The position numbers and the translations under genes are program-made. This document shows positions 56,804 to 64,000 of a stretch of 64,000 bases of DNA, one piece after another (the stretch's first letter is position 1; each line of letters opens with the position of its first letter). The DNA is from Candidatus Latescibacterota bacterium (GTDB lineage Bacteria; Latescibacterota; UBA2968; UBA8231): contig CBDETY010000003.1 of NCBI GenBank assembly GCA_965243025.1, positions 4,576,001 through 4,640,000 of the forward strand, read 5' to 3'. The notes beneath the pieces were generated by a model. The model was not told the DNA's origin. It saw only the letters and a list, made by a program, of their open reading frames with translations, and did not search any database.

Positions 56804-58566
56804 CCGGTCCTTTCTCCAGCTACACCGAACCCTACCGGAAGCGGATGTTCCTCGGCGCCGCCGCCATCGCGGTGTCGCAGGTCGCCGCCGCCTGCATCCC
56901 GCTCATTCTGAGCTCCGCGGTGGACTCGCTGGCGGGCGCAAGCGCCTCCCCCGAAGAGCTGCTGCGGGGTGTGCGCCGCTACCTGCTGCAGATGTTCCTG
57001 CTCGCCCTGGTCGTCGCCGCGGGAGGCTACTCGATGCGCCGGCTGCTCGGCACCATGTCGACGCGGATCGAGTACGACATCCGGCGCACCTATTTCGCGC
57101 ACCTGGTGCGCATGCCGCTCTCCTTCTTCCAGCGCCACCGCACCGGCGACCTGATGGCGCGGGCGACCAACGACCTCAACGCCGTCAGCGTCTTCTTCAC
57201 CTACGGGCTGCGCTCCCTCATCGAGCTGGTGCTGATCCTGGCCTTCAGCCTGGCGATGATGAGCGTCATCCACTGGAAGCTGACCCTGATCGTCCTGGTG
57301 CCGCTGCCGGTCCTCTGCCTGGTGACGGTGCGGATGTCCTCCCTCGTGCACAACCGCTTCCGCTCCATCCAGGACTGCTTCGGCGACATCAGCAACTTCG
57401 TCCAGGAGAGCCTCGCGGGAATCCGCGTGGTCAAGTCGTTCGTGCTGGGCGGTCCCAGGACCGAGGCGTTCGACCGCCTCAACAGCGAGTACCTGGCGCA
57501 CAACCACCGCTACATCCGCGCCCGGGCCCTGTTCCGGCCGCTGTCGCTGACCATCGCCTCGTTCGGGCTCGGGCTCAACCTGCTGTTCGGCGGCAGGGAG
57601 GTCATCGCCGGGACCCTTTCGATCGGCGACTTCGTCGCCTTCAACGCCTACCTGACCCTGCTGATCCGCCCGATCAGCTACAGCGGCTGGGTCATCGACC
57701 GCCTGCAGCGCGCCCTCGTGGCGATCCGCCGCATCGACGAGATCCTGTCGCACGAGCCGGAAAGCGCCGGGGACTTTCGCGCCTCCGGGCGCTCCCGCGC
57801 CGCTCCGGCGACGGCGACGATGGCCGGAGCCGTGCACTGGCAGGGGGTCGACTTCTCCTACGACGGCCAGCCGGTGCTCAGCGGCATCGAGCTCTACCTG
57901 CCGGCGGGAAAGACCCTCGGCGTGATCGGCCGCGTCGGCGCCGGCAAGAGCACCCTCGCCCGCCTGCCGCCCCGGCTGATCGAGCCGCAGCGGGGAACGG
58001 TGACCATCGACGGAAAGAGCGTGAGTGAGTGGCCGCTCGAGGAGCTGCGCCGCTCGATCGGGTACGTGTCGCAGCAGCCGTTCCTGTTCTCCACCTCGGT
58101 CGCCGGCAACATCGCCTACGGGGTCGAATCCGCCGCGGACGCCCGGATCCGGGAAGCGGCCACCCGCTCCCTGCTCGACCGCGACATCGAGGAGCTCGAG
58201 GAAGGGCTCGCCACCGTCGTCGGCGAGCGGGGCGTGACCCTGTCCGGGGGGCAGAAGCAGCGCTGCACCCTGGCGCGCGCCCTGCTGCGCGAGCCGCGCA
58301 TCCTCATCCTCGACGACGCCCTCTCGGCGGTGGACACGCAGACCGAAGAGGCGATCCTCGGCTACCTGCGGGAGGCGATGAGGGGCAGGACGACGATCGT
58401 CATCGCCCACCGCATCTCCACCCTGCGCCACGCCGACCTCATCGTCACCCTCGACGAGGGCCGCATCGTCGAGAGCGGCGACCACGAGTCCCTCGTGCGC
58501 GCCGGGGGGCTGTACTCCGAGCTGCACGAGCGGCAGCAGCTCTCCGCGGAGCTCGAGTCGCTGTGA
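56800..58566 (+). CDS. ABC exporter half-transporter (degenerate NBD), heterodimer subunit 1
   Basis: TMD plus NBD: GRVGAGKST, LSGGQKQR, Walker B ILILDD (Asp in place of the catalytic Glu). In-frame CTG at 56800 or ATG at 56845. Confidence 0.92.
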   Translation: MTGPFSSYTEPYRKRMFLGAAAIAVSQVAAACIPLILSSAVDSLAGASASPEELLRGVRRYLLQMFLLALVVAAGGYSMRRLLGTMSTRIEYDIRRTYFAHLVRMPLSFFQRHRTGDLMARATNDLNAVSVFFTYGLRSLIELVLILAFSLAMMSVIHWKLTLIVLVPLPVLCLVTVRMSSLVHNRFRSIQDCFGDISNFVQESLAGIRVVKSFVLGGPRTEAFDRLNSEYLAHNHRYIRARALFRPLSLTIASFGLGLNLLFGGREVIAGTLSIGDFVAFNAYLTLLIRPISYSGWVIDRLQRALVAIRRIDEILSHEPESAGDFRASGRSRAAPATATMAGAVHWQGVDFSYDGQPVLSGIELYLPAGKTLGVIGRVGAGKSTLARLPPRLIEPQRGTVTIDGKSVSEWPLEELRRSIGYVSQQPFLFSTSVAGNIAYGVESAADARIREAATRSLLDRDIEELEEGLATVVGERGVTLSGGQKQRCTLARALLREPRILILDDALSAVDTQTEEAILGYLREAMRGRTTIVIAHRISTLRHADLIVTLDEGRIVESGDHESLVRAGGLYSELHERQQLSAELESL

Positions 58567-60347
58567 GCCTGCCCGCCGGACACCGGGAGGAGACCGAGGA
58601 ACGCCCCTTCGACCTGGGGCTGATGCTGCGGCTGCTCTCCTACCTGCGCGCCTACAAGCTGCGGGTCGCGGCGGCCCTGGCGCTGATCGTGATCGAGGCG
58701 TTCTCCTTCCAGATCGGGCCCCGCCTCACCCAGATCGGCGTCGACGACCACATCCTGAAAGGGGACTGGGGCGGGCTGAAGTGGATCGCCGGCCTCTTTC
58801 TCGCCTCCCTGCTCCTGCAGTACGCCTCCCGCCTGGCGCAGACCCTGGTCACCGAGCTGACCGGACAGTTCGTGATGCGCGACCTGCGGCGCGAGATTTT
58901 CGCCCACCTGCAGAGGCTGCCCCTGCGCTACTTCGACCGCACCCCGGTCGGACGCACGATGACGCGGACGACCAACGACGTCGAGGCGCTCAACGAGTTC
59001 TTCACCGAGGGGGCGGTCCAGGTCTTCCTCGACATCTTCACGGTGATCGCCATCATCGCCTTCATGGCCGACATGGACTGGCGCCTGACCCTGGTGTCGT
59101 GCGCGGTGATCCCGGTGCTGGCGGTGGCGACCTTCTACCTGCAGGGGATGGCGATGAAAGCCTTCCGCGAGCTGCGGCGCCGCCTGGCGCGGCTCAACGC
59201 CTACCTGCAGGAGAACATCACCGGCATCGAGGTCGTGCAGCTGTTCAACCGCGGCGACCGCAACATGCGGGAGCTCGACATCGAGCACCTGCCCTACCGC
59301 GACGCCCAGGACCGGGAGATCCACTACTTCGCCGTCTTCTTTCCGTTCGCCGAGTTCGTCGGCACCATGGGCATGGGCCTGGTAATCTGGTACGGGGCCG
59401 GCTCGGTGCTGCAGGAGCGGATCGACCTCGGGGTCCTGGTCGCCTTCCTCCAGTACATACGCCGCTTCTTCCGGCCGATCATGGACATCAGCGACCGCTA
59501 TGCCCTGCTGCAGAGCGCCATGGCCGCCTCGGAGCGGATCTTCGAGCTGCTCGATATTCCGACCGAGCGCAGCGGAACGCGGCCGGCCGGGGACCGCCGC
59601 GGCGACTGCGTCATCGAGTTCGACCGCGTCTGGTTCCGCTACGACCCGGAAGCGGAGAGGTACGTCCTCAGGGACGTCTCCTTCCGGGTTCACGCCGGGG
59701 AGAGCCTCGCCGTGGTCGGCGCCACCGGGTCGGGCAAGACGACCCTCGTAAACCTGCTTTGCCGGTTCTACGAAATCGAGTCGGGGGCGATCCGCGTCGA
59801 CGGGGTCGACGTCAGGGAGTGGGAGGTCGAGGCCCTGCGGCGGCGCATCGGCATCGTCCAGCAGGACGTCTTCCTGTTCAGCGGCGACGTCGCCGGCAAC
59901 ATCCGGGTCGATCCGGCGCGGACGAGCATGGAGGCCGCCGTCGCCGCGGCCCGCTACGTCAACGCCGACCGCTTCGTCGAGCACCTGGCGAACGGGTTCT
60001 CACAGGCGATCTCCGAGGGGGGATCGAGCCTGTCGGCAGGCCAGCGCCAGCTGCTGTCGTTCGCCCGCGCCCTGGCCGTCGACCCGGAGATCCTCGTTCT
60101 CGACGAGGCCACCGCCAGCGTCGATACGGAGACGGAACGGCTGGTGCAGGAGGCGATCGCCAGGGTCATGTCCGGGCGCACCGCCATCGTCATCGCCCAC
60201 CGGCTGTCGACGATCCGCAATGCCGATCACATCCTGGTGCTGCACCAGGGCGAGATCCGCGAGCGCGGCGGCCACGAGGAACTGGTAAAACAGGGGGGGA
60301 TCTACGCGCGGCTGTACCGTCTGAGCTACAGCCAGAGCGGGAAGTAG
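58563..60347 (+). CDS. ABC exporter half-transporter, heterodimer subunit 2
   Basis: GTG start in a GTGA overlap; GATGSGKTT, LSAGQRQL, ILVLDEAT, IAHRLST. Confidence 0.93.
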   Translation: MSLPAGHREETEERPFDLGLMLRLLSYLRAYKLRVAAALALIVIEAFSFQIGPRLTQIGVDDHILKGDWGGLKWIAGLFLASLLLQYASRLAQTLVTELTGQFVMRDLRREIFAHLQRLPLRYFDRTPVGRTMTRTTNDVEALNEFFTEGAVQVFLDIFTVIAIIAFMADMDWRLTLVSCAVIPVLAVATFYLQGMAMKAFRELRRRLARLNAYLQENITGIEVVQLFNRGDRNMRELDIEHLPYRDAQDREIHYFAVFFPFAEFVGTMGMGLVIWYGAGSVLQERIDLGVLVAFLQYIRRFFRPIMDISDRYALLQSAMAASERIFELLDIPTERSGTRPAGDRRGDCVIEFDRVWFRYDPEAERYVLRDVSFRVHAGESLAVVGATGSGKTTLVNLLCRFYEIESGAIRVDGVDVREWEVEALRRRIGIVQQDVFLFSGDVAGNIRVDPARTSMEAAVAAARYVNADRFVEHLANGFSQAISEGGSSLSAGQRQLLSFARALAVDPEILVLDEATASVDTETERLVQEAIARVMSGRTAIVIAHRLSTIRNADHILVLHQGEIRERGGHEELVKQGGIYARLYRLSYSQSGK

Positions 60348-60510
60348 CCGCGGCCGGCGCCCGGCCGGGGCGGCCCGGGTCGAAGTCGAGCTGTCGGGAA
60401 ACTGCGGTGGGAATTTAAAAGGCGGACGCTTCGGAGGAGCTCGTCCGGGGCGGGTCCGGAAAGGTTGGGGCTGCTGCGGGTCTCGAAGGTGGGCGGGGCG
60501 GGCAGGCCGC

Positions 60511-60606
60511 TCAGTCGGCCCGCTCGCACTCCAGGCACTCGAGCAGGCAGCTGAGCAGCACCAGGCCGAGGATGAATCCTATCGTCAGGCCGCAGAGGAA
60601 GCGCAC
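60511..60606 (-). CDS. Small single-TM Cys-rich peptide (31 aa)
   Basis: GAGG RBS, GTG start, MRFLCGLTIGFILGLVLLSCLLECLECERAD; third gene of the ytxH unit. Below the ORF-track cut-off. Confidence 0.6.
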   Translation of the reverse strand: MRFLCGLTIGFILGLVLLSCLLECLECERAD

Positions 60607-60639
60607 GGTTCGCCCTCGATGTAGCGCGGGGGTCGCATT

Positions 60640-60975
60640 TCAGACGGCGGGCTCGCCGTCCTCCCGCCCTCCGGAACGCACGATCTCCCTCAGCTCCGCC
60701 TCCTTCAGCCGGATGTCGGCCTTGCAGCCGTCGATCCGCTGGGTGTAGGCCAGCAGGGTCTCGTCCCCTTCCGCGCCGGCGGCGGCCGGCAGGTCGCCGG
60801 CCTTGATGCGGGAGTAGACGTGGTTTCCCAGCTCGCCGAAGGTGGTCTTCAGCTGGCGCTGGGAGGCGGCGATCTCGGCCCGGACCTTCAGCGCCCTGCC
60901 GAGAACGCGGCCGCGCTCGGCAGCGCCGGCGAGGCGCTCCCTGAGGGCGTCAGCTAATTGCCTCTTCCTCGTCAT
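60640..60975 (-). CDS. Hypothetical helical/coiled-coil protein (111 aa)
   Basis: GGAGG RBS; helical pattern with FGELGNHVY motif; overlaps the ytxH end. Confidence 0.7.
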   Translation of the reverse strand: MTRKRQLADALRERLAGAAERGRVLGRALKVRAEIAASQRQLKTTFGELGNHVYSRIKAGDLPAAAGAEGDETLLAYTQRIDGCKADIRLKEAELREIVRSGGREDGEPAV

Positions 60976-61201
60976 TGCCGTCCTCCCTGCGGTGCACCAT
61001 CAGGTCTTCGACCTTCTCCACGACCTGGTCCTTCGTCTCTCCGGCGGCGCGGGTGATCTTGCGGCGGGTTATGTCGCCGCGGTGGGGCGCCAGCAGCACT
61101 CCGAGGGCGCTGCCGACCACGAAGCCGGCGCAACACCCGATGACGAAGCCGGTCAGGCGGCCGCCGGAGCGGTTTCCGGGATAGTATCGACTGTAGAACA
61201 T
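60950..61201 (-). CDS. YtxH-domain protein
   Basis: GAGGAGG RBS; GFVVGSALGVLLAPHRGDITRRKI matches the YtxH pattern. Confidence 0.82.
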   Translation of the reverse strand: MFYSRYYPGNRSGGRLTGFVIGCCAGFVVGSALGVLLAPHRGDITRRKITRAAGETKDQVVEKVEDLMVHRREDGNDEEEAIS

Positions 61202-61497
61202 TGGCTTTTCCTCCTCTTCGCAGCCCGTTGACAAAGTTGCTCCGGGGACGAGGCCGCTGCCCCCGGATCAAACTTTGTTCCGGCTGCCTGATTACGACTC
61301 GCCGGCGGCGGAAAGGATCCGCTGAAAGGCGCGGCGCCGGGAGCCGTTTCCTTTCAGAACATAACCGCCGGACTCCATTTGAACAAAGCAGTTCCCCCCT
61401 CTATTTTTGCCCTCTTACCTGTTGTCGCGGAGCAGCTTCTGCCTCCGCCTTCCCGCACCACGCACGCCCCCGCGCGTCCACCACCGAGAGGCCGCCG

Positions 61498-62979
61498 ATG
61501 GCGCAGATTCTCAACCGCCCCTCCCACAGCCTCAGAGAGTTCCGCATTCTGCCCGGGTACACCCCGCCGGACGGCAACGCCCTCAACGTCGATCTCGGGA
61601 CGCGCCTGTGCGCCTGCGGCGACGGCTTCATCGAGCTGAAGACGCCGTTCCTGAGCGCCGCAATGCAGGCGGTGACCGGAGCCGAGATGGCGATCGCGAT
61701 CTCGCAGCTCGGCGGCATCGGCATCCTGCCGGTGAGCCAGAGGACGGATGAGCAGTGCGCGAAGATCGACGTGGTCAAGCGCTTCAAGGCCGGCTTCCAG
61801 ACCAACATCATGACCCTGTCCCCGGGGCAGCTGATAGCCGACGTCATCGAGATCATCCGCGACACCGGGTACTCGACCTTTCCCGTGACCGACAGCGGCG
61901 CCTTCCACGGCCGCCTGCTCGGCATCATCACCGACAAGGACTTCGACGTGCGCCGCGACCACGCCTGCACCGTAGGGGAGCGGATGCGCCGCGACGTCCA
62001 GGCCGGGGTCGGCATCGCCGACCTCAAGGAAGCGAACGAGCTGATGATCAAGTACGGCCGCGGCTTCCTGCCGATCATCGACGGCGACGGCATCCTGCAG
62101 TCGGTGGTTTTCAAGAGGGACCTCGACAAGCATCTCGAGCATCCCAACGAGTCCGTCGACAGCAAGAAGCGCCTGCTCGTCGGGGCCGCGGTCTCCACCC
62201 ATCCCGAGGACCGCGAGCGGGTGCAGTTCCTCGTCGAGCACGAGGTCGACGTCCTCGTCATCGACGCCTCCGACGGGCACACGCACTTCCAGCGCCAGAT
62301 GATCGAGTGGATCAAGGGGAGCTACGGCGTCCCGGTGATCGCCGGCAACGTCATCACCGCCAGGGGGTTCGATTTCCTCGTCGGCGCCGGGGCCGACGCC
62401 ATCAAGGTCGGTATGGGGATCGGCTCGGGATGCACGACCATGGAGGTCAAGGCGACCGGCCGCGGGCAGGCGACGACGCTGATGGACATCGCCCCGGTGC
62501 GGGACGCCCTGTTCGAGAAGGAGGGCCGCTACATTCCGCTGATCGCCGACGGCGGCATCAGCGGCCCCGCGGAGATGTCGGTGGCCCTGGCCCTGGGAGC
62601 GGACGCGCTGATGATGGGCAACTTCTTCGCCCGCTACACCGAAAGCGCCGGAAACCTCGTCCGCAACGCCGGCGGCGAGATCGTCAAGGAGTACTGGATG
62701 GAGGGGAGCAGCAAGGCGCGCAACGCCCGGCGCTACGCGCAGCTGCAGGACCTCTTCTTCGAAGAGGGGATCACCGGGTACGTCCCCCACCTCGGCTCGA
62801 TCTACGACAAGCTCCCGGTGGTGCTGCAGATCCTGCGCTCGACGCTGGCGACCGCGGGCTGCCGCTCCATCGGCGAGCTGCACCGGTCGGCGCAGGTCGA
62901 GATGCAGTCCCCGACCGCTCTCGCCGACAGCGACATCCACGACATGGTGCCGATGAACATCGACCAGCAGATCCTGTAG
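61498..62979 (+). CDS. guaB: IMP dehydrogenase with CBS pair
   Basis: PFLSAAMQAVT, CBS domains, IDASDG, catalytic loop KVGMGIGSGCTT, IADGG, EYWMEGS. Confidence 0.92.
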   Translation: MAQILNRPSHSLREFRILPGYTPPDGNALNVDLGTRLCACGDGFIELKTPFLSAAMQAVTGAEMAIAISQLGGIGILPVSQRTDEQCAKIDVVKRFKAGFQTNIMTLSPGQLIADVIEIIRDTGYSTFPVTDSGAFHGRLLGIITDKDFDVRRDHACTVGERMRRDVQAGVGIADLKEANELMIKYGRGFLPIIDGDGILQSVVFKRDLDKHLEHPNESVDSKKRLLVGAAVSTHPEDRERVQFLVEHEVDVLVIDASDGHTHFQRQMIEWIKGSYGVPVIAGNVITARGFDFLVGAGADAIKVGMGIGSGCTTMEVKATGRGQATTLMDIAPVRDALFEKEGRYIPLIADGGISGPAEMSVALALGADALMMGNFFARYTESAGNLVRNAGGEIVKEYWMEGSSKARNARRYAQLQDLFFEEGITGYVPHLGSIYDKLPVVLQILRSTLATAGCRSIGELHRSAQVEMQSPTALADSDIHDMVPMNIDQQIL

Positions 62980-63075
62980 TGTCCCGTCCCGACGATATCC
63001 CGCAGTTCTTCAGCCGATCCATCCCGGGGGAAAAATCGCGGCTCGATCGAAATATCCCTTGGGCGATTTTTCCCT
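62978..63075. repeat. Degenerate second member of the MITE-like repeat family
   Basis: Shares AGTGTCCCGTC, ATATC (+17) and GCCGATCCATCCCGG (+35) at identical offsets with the 1856 element; internal hairpin GGGAAAAATCGC/GCGATTTTTCCC. Confidence 0.65.
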
Positions 63076-63100
63076 CGATCCGGGTTCACCGGCCCACACC

Positions 63101-63796
63101 GTGAAGGTCCTGGTCACCGGGGCCGGCAGCCGGCTCGGCCGCGCCCTGGCGACGGAGCTGCGGGCGTCGGGCCACGAGCTGCGGCTCAGCCACCGCTCCC
63201 GCATCCGCACCGGCTGCGAGTTCGCGCAGTCGCAGCTCGGTCACGGCAGCGCCACCGACCGCCTGGTGAGCGGCATCGAGACCATCGTGCACATTCCCGA
63301 TCCCGGGCCGCAGCCGTCCCCGGAGGACTGGATCGACGCGGGCACGCGCTGCGCCTACAACCTCTTCCGCGCCGCCGCCAGGGCAGGGGTCGGCCGCGTG
63401 ATCTACATCAGCAGCCTCGATCTCTTCCTGTCTTACGACGAGGACATGGCGGTCGGCGAGACCTGGCGGCCGCTGCCGTCGACGGACCCCGAACAGCTCG
63501 GCATCTACCTCGGGGAGTTCGTCGCCGAGGAGTTCGTCCAGGAAAGGCGCTTCGGCTACACCTGCCTGCGGCTCGGCCACCTTGTCGAGGCCGCCGAAGC
63601 CGGGGGGCAGCCGTACGACCCGATGTGGCTCGAGCTGTCGGACGCGGCGCTCGCCGTCGCCGCGGCGGTCGGGCGCTCCGCTGAGGCCCCCGCCTTCGAG
63701 ATCCTGCACGTCCAGTCCTCCTCCCCGGGCTCGCGCTTCGGCATCGACGCCGCGCGCGACGCTCTCGGTTTCGAGCCGCGGCACAACTTCGCATGA
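63101..63796 (+). CDS. NAD(P)-dependent epimerase/dehydratase-family (uronate dehydrogenase-like) protein
   Basis: VKVLVTGAGSRLG, RVIYISS; the YxxxK site appears altered (LGIYLGE). Confidence 0.75.
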   Translation: MKVLVTGAGSRLGRALATELRASGHELRLSHRSRIRTGCEFAQSQLGHGSATDRLVSGIETIVHIPDPGPQPSPEDWIDAGTRCAYNLFRAAARAGVGRVIYISSLDLFLSYDEDMAVGETWRPLPSTDPEQLGIYLGEFVAEEFVQERRFGYTCLRLGHLVEAAEAGGQPYDPMWLELSDAALAVAAAVGRSAEAPAFEILHVQSSSPGSRFGIDAARDALGFEPRHNFA

Positions 63797-64000
63797 AGGT
63801 GCTGATACTCGGCGCCCACGGGATGCTGGGCCCGTGGGTAGTGAAGGAGCTCGAAGGGAGCTGCGACCTCAGGCTCACCGACATAATCGACATCGACTCC
63901 CCCCACGAGACGATGCGGGTCGACGTCGCCGACTTCCGCCAGGTTTTGGCTGCGGCCGAGGGCACCGACGCCATCGTCAACTGCTCGGTGCTGCGCTCGC
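63793..64000 (+). CDS. NAD(P)-dependent oxidoreductase (partial, runs off the window end)
   Basis: ATGA overlap; MKVLILGAHGMLGP...LRLTDI...VDVAD...GTDAIVNC. Confidence 0.8.
   Translation, partial: MKVLILGAHGMLGPWVVKELEGSCDLRLTDIIDIDSPHETMRVDVADFRQVLAAAEGTDAIVNCSVLRS

Noticed and set aside
61202-61497. Purine riboswitch upstream of guaB
   Set aside because: No recognisable aptamer consensus and no U-tailed expression platform.

Overview
High-GC window from a diderm bacterium, with about 45 CDS. Gene content (FlgD-Ig/T9SS-type C-terminal sorting domains, cohesin/dockerin-like modules, YWTD repeats, mcsAB-clpC between lolCD and bamA) suggests an FCB-related lineage such as Ca. Latescibacterota or Gemmatimonadota, possibly host-associated. 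That placement is inference only. 1-21 kb (minus strand) is a housekeeping/envelope block: bamA (partial), clpC-mcsB-mcsA, lolD-lolC/E, frameshifted prfB, an S8 peptidase, lolA, ftsK, a vWA protein, tsaD, cdaR/ybbR, a small Zn-ribbon protein, a dual-specificity phosphatase and moaE-moaD. 21-50 kb is a cell-surface region: two secreted cohesin/dockerin/FlgD-CTD proteins (one of 1709 aa, with tandem sigma70 promoters); a glycosylation gene set (YfhO plus two other GT-C-like membrane proteins, three GT4s, Wzx and an epimerase) interrupted by a HEAT-hisG-hisD-hisB operon; and a 1353-aa protein with a dockerin and three six-bladed YWTD propellers. 50-64 kb holds a PQQ-propeller/transglutaminase/TPR fusion, tandem-duplicated TPR genes, rdgB, a heterodimeric ABC exporter, ytxH plus two small genes, guaB and two SDR genes. 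Non-coding features include two related MITE-like elements that each overlap a TAG stop codon, a bidirectional terminator and several promoters. No rRNA, tRNA, CRISPR array or transposase was seen.
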